Shown here piece after piece: positions 18,926 to 27,877 of a DNA stretch of 57,070 nucleotides. Source of the DNA: a virus (lineage: Duplodnaviria > Caudoviricetes). The translations under genes were made by a program, and so were the position numbers. How positions within the stretch are numbered: the first letter of the stretch is position 1; every line of letters begins with the position of its first letter. The notes under the pieces were generated by a model. The model made no database searches. It was not told the origin of the DNA and was given only the letters and a program-made list of their open reading frames with translations. The DNA lies in the IMG/VR virus record IMGVR_UViG_3300006919_008385, positions 1 to 57,070 of that record; one strand, given 5' to 3'.

Positions 18926-19432
18926 ATAGTTAAGAATAGTATCAGCATCACTTACTTCAAATGGATCTCCATCAGCATTATCACTTAATCCAGGTTCCAC
19001 CCAAAGATTTTCTACTTTGTAATCGTCGACAATCATACTATATCTCCAACTACGCATACCAAAACCAATGTTAGTTTTGTCCACTAAAAATCCTAATGTT
19101 CTAGTAAATTGGCCTGAACCATCTGGAATTGGTTTAACTTTTTGTATATCTAAATTTTTAAACCATGCATTCATTACAAAAGTATCATTAACACTCATGC
19201 AATAAATATCATCTACTCCATGTTTACAGATCTCATCGTAATAAGCATCATAAGTTGGTAAATGAGTACTTGAACATGTTGGTGTAAATGCTCCAGGTAA
19301 TCCAAATAACACTACACGTCTGTTAGCAAATATTTCTTCAGAGGTTAAATCATGCCATTTAAAGCCTGGTGCCTCGTCAGTTTCAACTCTAGTTTTAAAT
19401 GTAACATTTGGTACATATAAATCTATTGCCAT
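18914..19432 (-). CDS. peroxiredoxin (Prx5/type II)
   Basis: LPGAFTPTCS, SVNDTFVMNAW, RSWRYSM. Confidence 0.92.
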   Translation of the reverse strand: MAIDLYVPNVTFKTRVETDEAPGFKWHDLTSEEIFANRRVVLFGLPGAFTPTCSSTHLPTYDAYYDEICKHGVDDIYCMSVNDTFVMNAWFKNLDIQKVKPIPDGSGQFTRTLGFLVDKTNIGFGMRSWRYSMIVDDYKVENLWVEPGLSDNADGDPFEVSDADTILNYLKS

Positions 19433-19468
19433 TTTTCTCTCCTATTATATTACGTTATTTATTTTAAC

Positions 19469-19792
19469 TTATAACAAACCCATTTGATATTTGGCTTCAT
19501 CAGATACATGTATATCTGGATTCCATGGTGGGTCAAATGTTAAATTTATTTTTACTAAATTAGTGTCTTTTACACTACGCACAGCAAACTCTGTTTCCAT
19601 CATTATCATCTCACCAAAAGGACAATTAGGTGCTGTGAGTGTCATCAAAACTTGTACATCATTTTCTTCATTTACATCTATATTGTATATAAGACCCAAG
19701 TCAACTATATTGATACCTATTTCAGGATCAACTACTCGTTTAAGATTACTTCTAACCTTATCCTCTATACTAATTTCTGAATTGCTTTGCAT
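19469..19792 (-). CDS. DUF59 Fe-S assembly protein (SufT/PaaD-like)
   Basis: DPEIGINIVDLGLIY, MTLTAPNCP, FDPPW. Confidence 0.9.
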   Translation of the reverse strand: MQSNSEISIEDKVRSNLKRVVDPEIGINIVDLGLIYNIDVNEENDVQVLMTLTAPNCPFGEMIMMETEFAVRSVKDTNLVKINLTFDPPWNPDIHVSDEAKYQMGLL

Positions 19793-20964
19793 AATGAATC
19801 TGATAATTTAAATATATCTTCTTTACTTGTATAGATACCAGGACTTATTCTTAAAACTCCTTTGCCACCACTTACTTTATTTACAATAGGATGAGCACAA
19901 AGTTTCCCCACTCTTACAGCAATGTTGTCTAATCCCAAAAAGGCACTAACATCACTTGGGTGATATCCAGTACAGGTAAATGTATAAACATATCTGCCAT
20001 TTTGTCTGTAATCTTTGTATATTAAATCCAGTCCTTTAATGTTAAAAATATCTGAATCACTCATAGCAAAATCTAAACCAGTAAAGTGTTCTTTAAAGTT
20101 TTCATATTTTAAATAATTCATCCATTCGGCCGCTCTGCCTAATCCTAATATACCTGCTAAGTTAGGTGTGCCAACTTCGTGTTTTGTAGGACCATCGTAA
20201 AACTCTACATTCCCTTTTAAATCATAATGTACTACGGAGCCTCCTCCTAATCTTACAGAACGATGTCTTTCAAAAGGCAGTCTACTATATAAAACTCCTA
20301 CACCTGTTGGACCATACATTTTATGACCACTAAAAACAGCATAGTCATATGTATAACTATCGAACTCATGTGTACCTATTGTTTGACAAGCATCTATAAC
20401 TACCTTTATTCCTTGGTTGTGTGCCATTTTACATAACTTTTTGCAACTTGATGGTATGCCAGTTACATTACTATGACTGTGAATACTTAATAGAGCATAA
20501 GGATATTTTTCAAACACTTTATTTGCTTCATCTAAATTTATTTTACCTGAGTCTGTAATAGGAAGTACAACCAATCTACCGTTTTCTGTTGTTCTATTTT
20601 GTGCTATCCAAGGCAATATATTTGCTGTATGTTCTGCTTCGGTAATTATTACTACAGGCATGTCTTTATACCAGTCTGCTACTATGTTAAGACCTTCTGT
20701 TGCACCTGATGTAAACATAATTTGATCAGGCTTTGCTTTAATTAGTTTGGCAAATTCTTCTCTAGCAGTTTCTATATCAGCACTTACCTTTTGGCTAATA
20801 GGAAAATCTCCTCTGTTTGCATTACATCTTTCTTCTTCATAATACTGGTTCATACGATCTAAAACACTTTGATGCGTTTGCGTACTGGCGGCACTATCCA
20901 AATAAACTAATTCTGGATTGTTTACTAGTGTTGGAAACTCTTCTTTTATGTTGTTATAAAGCAT
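19765..20964 (-). CDS. sufS: cysteine desulfurase SufS
   Basis: YLDSAASTQ, EHTANILPW, SGHKMYGPTG (PLP Lys), RVGKLCAHP. Confidence 0.9.
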   Translation of the reverse strand: MLYNNIKEEFPTLVNNPELVYLDSAASTQTHQSVLDRMNQYYEEERCNANRGDFPISQKVSADIETAREEFAKLIKAKPDQIMFTSGATEGLNIVADWYKDMPVVIITEAEHTANILPWIAQNRTTENGRLVVLPITDSGKINLDEANKVFEKYPYALLSIHSHSNVTGIPSSCKKLCKMAHNQGIKVVIDACQTIGTHEFDSYTYDYAVFSGHKMYGPTGVGVLYSRLPFERHRSVRLGGGSVVHYDLKGNVEFYDGPTKHEVGTPNLAGILGLGRAAEWMNYLKYENFKEHFTGLDFAMSDSDIFNIKGLDLIYKDYRQNGRYVYTFTCTGYHPSDVSAFLGLDNIAVRVGKLCAHPIVNKVSGGKGVLRISPGIYTSKEDIFKLSDSLCKAIQKLV

Positions 20965-22160
20965 CTTTTTAATAATTCCTCAGACTCAAAGTCGTTTATG
21001 CCTCTACTCTCCAAGTAGTATAGCATGTCTTTATCCAAATTACTTATAGTACATCCATGAGTACATATAACTTCTTTGGTGTTAATGTCTAGTTGAGGCT
21101 CAGTAATCATTGTATTCTTATTGCTTAACATTAAATTTTTATTCTCTAAATGTGCCTCTGTGTTTTCTGCTTCTTTGTTTATGTTAATTTTACCAATAAA
21201 ACTTGAATGTGAATTATCATCTCCTATAGTTCTTACGTCAACAATACTGCTACTGTTAGGACTCAAATGATTTACATTAACAGTCATATTATTAGTATAA
21301 TTTTCAAATAAATTAAAATTTCCTATTACATTTGTATCACAATCGTTATAAATGTCAAACTCCATATTATCCTGATTATGTTTACTGCCTTCTCCAAATA
21401 CTTCCACTGTGACTTTACTGCCAGGAAACTGTATAAATTTACTATCTATAACATTACATGCTCTGTCTTTATTGTTGTAATCATGTTTTCTGTTAAGGTT
21501 CAACTTAACATTGTCTCTTACAATATATGTTATGTTATATAATTTTACACCATCTTTATTTTCAAAAAATTCATCTAATGTCAATTTTGTATTTTTACCT
21601 ATATCTATTATAGCAAACACACAATTAACATCTTTGTCTTTATAACTATCAGCATAACAAATACTTTGAGCAAAATTTTTATTGGCATAATATTTTATGC
21701 CTACTGGGCCTGTACTATTAATTACAGCATAATCTGACAGTCTGTTATTTGGTTTAAAATATGGCTCATATAATTTTATTTTGCTGTACTTGGAATACAA
21801 ATCAAATATTTTAAAATAATCATATTGATAAGGCCTATACATACTGGTACCATTGTGTACATCAGATATAAATCCATCATCTATGACTACATCAAATTGT
21901 TCTGTATAATTAGATAACCAGTCTTCCTTTTTATTTGAGCTAGAGTTAGCAATTAAATCAACATCTCTAAGAGTTTTTAGATTCATGTTTTTATAAAAAT
22001 TATTTTTTAAAGGAGATCCTTTTTGTACTAAACTGTTAAAAAATCCGTCTACTAAGTTAGGTAACACATTATTTGCTACAGTATTAGATACCATATTATT
22101 TCGTAAACCAAAGTTCACTAGGTTATGCAACTCATCTATATTGTATGTAACTTTAGACAT
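20946..22160 (-). CDS. sufD: Fe-S assembly protein SufD (divergent N-terminus)
   Basis: PQLDINTKEVICTHGCTIS...LYYLESRGI; likely start MSKV at 22160. Confidence 0.85.
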   Translation of the reverse strand: MSKVTYNIDELHNLVNFGLRNNMVSNTVANNVLPNLVDGFFNSLVQKGSPLKNNFYKNMNLKTLRDVDLIANSSSNKKEDWLSNYTEQFDVVIDDGFISDVHNGTSMYRPYQYDYFKIFDLYSKYSKIKLYEPYFKPNNRLSDYAVINSTGPVGIKYYANKNFAQSICYADSYKDKDVNCVFAIIDIGKNTKLTLDEFFENKDGVKLYNITYIVRDNVKLNLNRKHDYNNKDRACNVIDSKFIQFPGSKVTVEVFGEGSKHNQDNMEFDIYNDCDTNVIGNFNLFENYTNNMTVNVNHLSPNSSSIVDVRTIGDDNSHSSFIGKININKEAENTEAHLENKNLMLSNKNTMITEPQLDINTKEVICTHGCTISNLDKDMLYYLESRGINDFESEELLKRCFITT

Positions 22161-22869
22161 ATTCTTCAAAGCCATTAACCAACACATCATTTGCTAGTGT
22201 AATGTCACCTCTAACAACTTTATCCTTACCTAAAATTGTTACTGTATCTACATTAAGGGAATTTATTAATTGTGAATAGTGACTTATAATTAAAACTATT
22301 TTGTCTGGTTTTTGTGAGAATACATTTAAAAACTTTATTAAATGTTTTATAGCATCTACATCTAATCCACTGTCTGGCTCATCTAATATTACACATTTAG
22401 GATCTAACAATTCCATTTGTATTAACTCATTCTTTTTCTTCTCGCCGCCACTTGCTTCTACATTCAATTGCTTTTTATCCCAATTATCAGGCAGTTTAAA
22501 TGTTTCTGCTAATTGTTTAAACTCATTTAAATTTTCTGTTAGCCTCTTTGCATCATCTCTTCTAGATAGTACCTGATGTAATAATTGAAAGTTACTTAAA
22601 CCTTCAATGGGTGTAGGTTGCTGAAAGCCCAAAAACAATCCTGCCTGAGCTCTTTCAAATGTAGGCATAGCCAACAAGTCTTTACCATAAAACTCTACAG
22701 CACCTTCAGTAATGTAATTGGGATTTCCCATAAGAGCATGAGCAAATGTACTTTTGCCTACTCCATTAGGACCCATTATGATATGAACACCAGGACCAAA
22801 CTCCAGATGTAAATCATTTAAAACTATTTGATCTTCAACTTTTACTGAAAACTCTTGTGTAACTATCAT
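22153..22869 (-). CDS. sufC: Fe-S assembly ATPase SufC
   Basis: GPNGVGKST, SGGEKKKNE, LDEPDSGLDVDA. Confidence 0.92.
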   Translation of the reverse strand: MIVTQEFSVKVEDQIVLNDLHLEFGPGVHIIMGPNGVGKSTFAHALMGNPNYITEGAVEFYGKDLLAMPTFERAQAGLFLGFQQPTPIEGLSNFQLLHQVLSRRDDAKRLTENLNEFKQLAETFKLPDNWDKKQLNVEASGGEKKKNELIQMELLDPKCVILDEPDSGLDVDAIKHLIKFLNVFSQKPDKIVLIISHYSQLINSLNVDTVTILGKDKVVRGDITLANDVLVNGFEEYV

Positions 22870-24314
22870 TATCCTACTGCTCCTTCTAGTGTAACACTCA
22901 GCAATTTATTTGCCTCTGCGGCAAATTCCAAAGGAAGTTTTTGAAAAACATCCTTACAAAATCCATTTACAACACAATTAACTGCGTTCTCTTCGTCTAA
23001 ACCTCTGCTTTGTAAATAATACAAAGCCTCTTCTGACAGTTTACCTGTACTGGCTTCATGCTCTACTATACTGCTGTTATTATACTGCATAACCACAGGT
23101 AATGTCAATGCCTTACTGTTATCTAACATTAAACTATCACATTGTGTATAGTTTCTACTGTTATGAGCATTTTTATTGACCCTTACCATTCCTCTGTATG
23201 TGTTACTACTGTCTCCAAAACTTATGCCTTTGGATATAATGGTGCTCTTGGTATTTTTACCAACATGCAACATCTTTGTTCCTGTGTCTGCCATTTGTTT
23301 GCCTTTGGTTACAGCAACACTATAAAACTCACCAACACTATTATCGCCTCGTAATATACAACTTGGATATTTCCAAGTAACGGCACTACCTGTTTCAACC
23401 TGTGTCCAACTAATCTTACTGCTTTCACCTTTACATAATCCTCTCTTAGTTACAAAATTTAATACGCCACCAACACCATTTTCATCTCCTGGGTACCAGT
23501 TTTGTACTGTACTATATTTAATCTCTGCCCTGTCATGTGCTACCAGCTCTACTACAGCCGCGTGTAGTGTGTTCTCATCATATGCTGGAGCAGTACAACC
23601 TTCTAAGTAACTGACATAACTGTCCGCATCTGCTATAATCAGTGTTCTTTCAAACTGTCCTGTATTACGAGCATTGATGCGGAAGTATGTGTTTAATTCC
23701 ATTGGGCATTTAACTCCCTTAGGAATATAACAAAAGGTGCCGTCCGTAAAGACGGCACTATTTAGGCAAGCGAAGTAATTATCCTTGGCTGGGATAATAC
23801 TACCTAAATACTCTTTTACGAGTTCGGAATGTTCTTGTATGGCTTCACTTATACTGCAAAATATAATGCCATGTTTCTTTAATTCTTCTTGGAATGTTGT
23901 GGCAATACTAACACTATCAAATACTGCGTCAATGGCCACTGTGGGTATTTTGTTTTCTGCTTCTATACCAAGTAGAGAATCTCTTTCGTGTAGAGGGACA
24001 CCTAACTTTTCAAATGTATCTAAGATCTCTTGTGGAATGTCTTCTTTGTTTCTAAACTTGGGTGCTGAATAATAACTTAATGCTTGGTAATCTATAGGTG
24101 CATAGTTTACATGAGCCCATGTAGGTTCTTTTATTTTTTGTAGATGTTCAAATGCTTTTAGTCTAAACTCAGTTACCCATTCAGGTTCGTTTTTTATTGC
24201 ACTAAGTTTTCTTACTACCTCTTCTGTAAGTCCAGGTTCAAAGTCCTCAGAGTCTACGACTGTTTCGAATCCAGCAGTATATTGATTGGATGTTATTTTA
24301 CTATAGTCAGTCAA
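22869..24314 (-). CDS. sufB: Fe-S assembly scaffold SufB
   Basis: [48 protein letters not shown]. Confidence 0.97.
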   Translation of the reverse strand: MTDYSKITSNQYTAGFETVVDSEDFEPGLTEEVVRKLSAIKNEPEWVTEFRLKAFEHLQKIKEPTWAHVNYAPIDYQALSYYSAPKFRNKEDIPQEILDTFEKLGVPLHERDSLLGIEAENKIPTVAIDAVFDSVSIATTFQEELKKHGIIFCSISEAIQEHSELVKEYLGSIIPAKDNYFACLNSAVFTDGTFCYIPKGVKCPMELNTYFRINARNTGQFERTLIIADADSYVSYLEGCTAPAYDENTLHAAVVELVAHDRAEIKYSTVQNWYPGDENGVGGVLNFVTKRGLCKGESSKISWTQVETGSAVTWKYPSCILRGDNSVGEFYSVAVTKGKQMADTGTKMLHVGKNTKSTIISKGISFGDSSNTYRGMVRVNKNAHNSRNYTQCDSLMLDNSKALTLPVVMQYNNSSIVEHEASTGKLSEEALYYLQSRGLDEENAVNCVVNGFCKDVFQKLPLEFAAEANKLLSVTLEGAVG

Positions 24315-24606
24315 TTTTCTCTACCATAATAGTTAATGGGTGTCCATTGTTCCTACTTATAGCAACGGCTTCTGCTTTCTTTTGCTCAGCAAGTTCAAAG
24401 TTATATGTACCTGCTATGCCTTTTCCTTTTTCATGGATTAACATTGTAATATCCTTTGCTTGTTCTAAGTTTCTATTAAAAACTTCTATCAGCAACTGAA
24501 TTACAAAATCCATAGGAGTAAAGTCGTCGTTAAGTAGCACCACATTATATCTATTAGGATAGGTGACGTCAGTCTGTGTAATTGTATCAGATTGTGTTTG
24601 TGCCAT
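24307..24606 (-). CDS. clpS: N-end-rule adaptor ClpS
   Basis: [30 protein letters not shown]. Confidence 0.93.
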   Translation of the reverse strand: MAQTQSDTITQTDVTYPNRYNVVLLNDDFTPMDFVIQLLIEVFNRNLEQAKDITMLIHEKGKGIAGTYNFELAEQKKAEAVAISRNNGHPLTIMVEKID

Positions 24607-24812
24607 TATTTTTGATGTTTAGGTAGTTTAGCCTCCACAAACATTTCATGTTTGCGTTTAACAGGATTATATTTTTTCATTTTAAGTTTTCTATTTTCCT
24701 GTATAAGAGTCTTAGTCTTAACAGCAGTATAATGATAGGTATGACTGTCTCTGGTCTCACCTTCTGGTATCATGTATACTATTGTTTTCTTTTTATTACT
24801 TTTGCTTGCCAT
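24606..24812 (-). CDS. rpmG: 50S ribosomal protein L33 (Zn-free type)
   Basis: HYTAVK...KLKMKKYNPVKRKHEMFVEAK, matching L33 C-terminal signature. Confidence 0.75.
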   Translation of the reverse strand: MASKSNKKKTIVYMIPEGETRDSHTYHYTAVKTKTLIQENRKLKMKKYNPVKRKHEMFVEAKLPKHQK

Positions 24813-24821
24813 TTTATAAGT

Positions 24822-24845
24822 GGAGAGGACTTATTTGTCCTCTCC
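24822..24845 (-). terminator. hairpin between hsp20 and rpmG
   Basis: GGAGAGGAC-N6-GTCCTCTCC; late motif TATAAATA at 24850-24857 just upstream. Confidence 0.5.
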
Positions 24846-24864
24846 CACATATTTATAAACCAGA

Positions 24865-25317
24865 TTAGCCAATTTTAATCTTTTGTGGTTTAAGTGCGTC
24901 AGGAACATTTCTGAACAGTTCTACTTTTAGTAAACCGTCCTCTAGTTTTGCACTTTTAACCTCCACATACTCAGCAAGTTTAAAACTTCTTACAAAGTCT
25001 CTTTCTGCAATACCTTTATGTAAAAACTCAACGTCGTCCATTGCTCCGGACTCGTCTGCTTTAATGGTACCAGTAATAAGTAAGTTACCGTCTTCTAACT
25101 CAATATCTATTTCGGACTTTTTAAATCCTGCAATAGCCAATGTAATTGAATACAGATCATCACCGTCTTTACTGATGTTGTATGGTGGATAGCCTTGTGA
25201 ATTTGTTGCAGAATTCATCTGAGTTTCGAACTCATTAAAAAGTCTGTCAAATCCGACTGTGGCTCTATATAGTGGGTTTAGTGTATCAGAAGTGATACGA
25301 AATTGTTTGCTTACCAT
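24865..25317 (-). CDS. small heat-shock protein Hsp20 (IbpA-like)
   Basis: VGFDRLF, YPPYNI, LAIAGF, FLHKGIAERDF, LEDGLL; start MVSK at 25317 with AGGAG RBS. Confidence 0.95.
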   Translation of the reverse strand: MVSKQFRITSDTLNPLYRATVGFDRLFNEFETQMNSATNSQGYPPYNISKDGDDLYSITLAIAGFKKSEIDIELEDGNLLITGTIKADESGAMDDVEFLHKGIAERDFVRSFKLAEYVEVKSAKLEDGLLKVELFRNVPDALKPQKIKIG

Positions 25318-25325
25318 GATATTAT

Positions 25326-25342
25326 CTCCTTTAAAAAGCAAG
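25326..25342 (-). promoter_or_regulatory. ROSE-like RNA thermometer hairpin
   Basis: CUUGCU pairs with SD AGGAG leaving a bulged G; U(U/C)GCU is the ROSE hallmark in sHsp 5'UTRs. Confidence 0.65.
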
Positions 25343-25385
25343 TTAATTTATTTTTACTAGTTCTTTTTAAACCCTATTGGCGAAT

Positions 25386-25765
25386 AAAAAGATCGCATTG
25401 TGAGGTCGTTTCCGTTTGTATGTGTCTGTATCTCCTCACGACACTTGGCAAACTTCTTGGTTTCCTTTGATGTTGCCATCTTAGGTCCTTTGTTGGTTGC
25501 CCCAAATAAAAAACATGTCAACTGTTAAACCCGTGCTCTTTTGAAGACTATTTCCATATAGCAATAGTCCGAGCACTTTTGAAGATTTAACCTTCTATGC
25601 CTTTCTAATCTTGGAACTAATGTTCCTAATATTACCTTTCGTTTGGCTATTGTCCCTAGTAGGTCACCTTCACTTACGATCTGGTTTCCCTTAGTTCTTT
25701 TTACCTGTCCAGGTAATAATGCATATCTAACTTTGCAGTAGACTCCATTCTCTTACGATCCTTTT
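25386..25765 (-). ncRNA. putative large structured non-coding RNA (~380 nt), family unrecognised
   Basis: No ORF >=60 aa; 12-bp closing helix, GNRA-capped stems, long symmetric hairpin, pseudoknot; upstream promoters. Confidence 0.65.
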
Positions 25766-25792
25766 GCCCTTGCATTATTTTTTATGCAATTT

Positions 25793-25842
25793 TATTTATC
25801 TTTTCACTATACTTATATAGTGTTTTTTGGATAAATTTCAAG
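25793..25842 (-). promoter_or_regulatory. tandem promoters upstream of ncRNA/hsp20 (CTTGAAA-N16-TATATA, RpoH-like; late GATAAATA)
   Basis: CTTGAAA at 25836-25842, CACTATAT -10-like region, GATAAATA at 25793-25800. Confidence 0.5.
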
Positions 25843-25861
25843 TATTTTTTGCAAAAAAGTG

Positions 25862-26290
25862 CTATTTTCCTCTAAAATCCTCATTCAAAGTAGTTTTTAT
25901 AGCATGACAAACTTTACATAGTGTTTTATGATTACTTGGATCATTATTATAATGATTACCATCTATGTGATCTACATCTAATAATGTTCTAACAAGTCTG
26001 TTTACTACAATAGGATCTTTTACACTTTTAACTGTAGGGTGCTCTAGTGGATCAAACCCACATTCCTCACAACAATCACCTCTGCTAAAACTATGCTCTT
26101 TAGTTCCTTTTGCAAGTCCACCATATTCAACTAGATCCTTTTGATGCTGTCTGCAATACTTGTCATGTCCAGGACCTTCAAATAGTGTTAGTATTTTATC
26201 ACAACCTTCAACACTACATCTGCTTTTCCTAGCCTTAAGTAATAGTTTGCCTGTTTTAGGCTTATCTATATTTGCATCTCTGAAGCTCAT
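25862..26290 (-). CDS. HNH endonuclease with Zn fingers
   Basis: CEECG...DVDHIDGNHYNNDPSN...LCKVCH; N-terminal CxxxxC...CxxH. Confidence 0.85.
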   Translation of the reverse strand: MSFRDANIDKPKTGKLLLKARKSRCSVEGCDKILTLFEGPGHDKYCRQHQKDLVEYGGLAKGTKEHSFSRGDCCEECGFDPLEHPTVKSVKDPIVVNRLVRTLLDVDHIDGNHYNNDPSNHKTLCKVCHAIKTTLNEDFRGK

Positions 26291-27492
26291 GATAATTCCT
26301 CTTCAGTAAATCTGTAGTTCATATTGCCACCAAATTTTGGCACAGCATAACTAAATCCTGCTAGAGTAACTGCTTGGCATAACCAGGTAGGTGCTACAAG
26401 TGTTTGGTTACATCTTTGGGATATTGCATCTGAATTTCCTTGTCTGTTCCTCCAAGATGTATAAGCATCACTAACCTTTTTGTGCTTACTGTTTTTACTT
26501 TGCTGTCTGTGTTTCCAAGTATTACCAGTAACTTTATCTAAAACATCAACAAACTGTTGTATATAATCTTCGTTGACATCTATACCTTGCTCTTCACATG
26601 CTCTAAATATATGAGACATATTGTCTATTTCCAAAGGTTCTACAGGTAAGTCTGGATTGGACAAACTGTGATACTTAAACACTTTTGCTAAAGTTTCAAC
26701 ACTAAATTTATCTAACCTTTTAGGAAATATTTCTGAAGGACGTGATATAGCACCTGCCATATTCTCATCACCAAACTTTGAATGTGTAAAGAACATATCA
26801 TTTTCTTCTAAAGCAGTCTGTATAGCCTCCATTCTTTGGTGCCAAGGATTTTCACTACCATTATGCCTTACAGCATATACATATTGATCATAGTGATCAA
26901 TCTTATCTAGTTCTTTACTCATGCTACCGTCATTAAATCCTATAAATCTGTCTCTAATTTTAGCAACATCTTTACCTGGATAGATTGCAGTAGGCATCTT
27001 AAATTTTTGTGCGTCTTTCATTGAGAGACCAAATCCATATATAGCAACTATAAGTAATAGTAATGCTGTATGCTGACCGTCCCATACAATTAATTGCTCT
27101 TCGCCCTCAACATTATCTTTATATGTTCTAATAGGGTTTACAAAGAAAGGATCAAATTTACCAAATAGTTCACACAACCATTGTGCATCTGGTTCTCTTT
27201 GTATAATTGCATTAATAACCAAAGTATCAGGAGCAACTGTTCTGCCTTCGTCTCCCAATCCTACCATGTCTTTCATCATGGCTTTAAATGTTTTATATTG
27301 AGGATACCTGATTTTAAACTCTTCACCATATGCCTCAAATACTTCTGCAATATCAGGATCTTCATCTATAATTGCTTGGTACCTTTCCCATAAGGTTAAG
27401 TAGGTATCTTTATCTGATTGGAACCTGGAGTTCCTTTTGGTGGCGTGACTTACGCCTATTGTGCCTATTGGCATTGTAGTTTTCATACTCAT
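26287..27492 (-). CDS. ParB/DGQH(R/T)-motif domain protein
   Basis: IQREPD...VWDGQHT...RFIGFN, ParB/Srx-like fold motifs. Confidence 0.6.
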   Translation of the reverse strand: MSMKTTMPIGTIGVSHATKRNSRFQSDKDTYLTLWERYQAIIDEDPDIAEVFEAYGEEFKIRYPQYKTFKAMMKDMVGLGDEGRTVAPDTLVINAIIQREPDAQWLCELFGKFDPFFVNPIRTYKDNVEGEEQLIVWDGQHTALLLLIVAIYGFGLSMKDAQKFKMPTAIYPGKDVAKIRDRFIGFNDGSMSKELDKIDHYDQYVYAVRHNGSENPWHQRMEAIQTALEENDMFFTHSKFGDENMAGAISRPSEIFPKRLDKFSVETLAKVFKYHSLSNPDLPVEPLEIDNMSHIFRACEEQGIDVNEDYIQQFVDVLDKVTGNTWKHRQQSKNSKHKKVSDAYTSWRNRQGNSDAISQRCNQTLVAPTWLCQAVTLAGFSYAVPKFGGNMNYRFTEEELS

Positions 27493-27608
27493 GTTTTTCT
27501 CCTATAATGTATATGAGTTCCTATTCCTTTCTGTGTTAGTACTTTGATCCTGGCCTTCTGGTCCTTTGATCTTTTTCCTATTTAAAATTTATAGGTTGTT
27601 ATATTAAT

Positions 27609-27636
27609 AGTATATACAAAAATTACTTTTTGTCAA
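27609..27636 (-). promoter_or_regulatory. sigma70-type early promoter
   Basis: TTGACA-N16-TATACT. Confidence 0.7.
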
Positions 27637-27877
27637 TACCATTTTTCATTCTTGCTTTTTGCTCAAAATATAATCTTGTGTATGTTTTTCTTATGATGGC
27701 AACTGAAGTAAATACAGCAGTTAAAAATACTGATGTTGCTACTATTCCTAATTCTAGTCTAAATGCAGTCCAAACTAGTAAAATGTTTAGTGGAAAATTA
27801 ATACTTAGAGCCAGCATTGTGTCTAAAAATGCTTCTTTAAATGCCTTTTTTTTATCTGCTTCTGTTATCGTATTCAA
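27623..27877 (-). CDS. small 2-TM membrane protein
   Basis: Hydrophobic; FTSVAIIRKTYTRLYF. Confidence 0.65.
   Translation of the reverse strand: MNTITEADKKKAFKEAFLDTMLALSINFPLNILLVWTAFRLELGIVATSVFLTAVFTSVAIIRKTYTRLYFEQKARMKNGIDKK

Noticed and set aside
25357-25479. 40-aa ORF MATSKETKKF... (and a 24-aa ORF MQGQKDRK...) inside the RNA
   Set aside because: Short, no recognisable motif, and overlapping extensive base-paired structure; cannot be fully excluded.
25386-25765. RNase P RNA, tmRNA or group I intron identity for the large RNA
   Set aside because: No GAGGAAAGUCC/ACAGAAxxCGGC, no tRNA-like GGGG...UCCACCA ends, no recognisable P/Q/R/S elements and no interrupted host gene.
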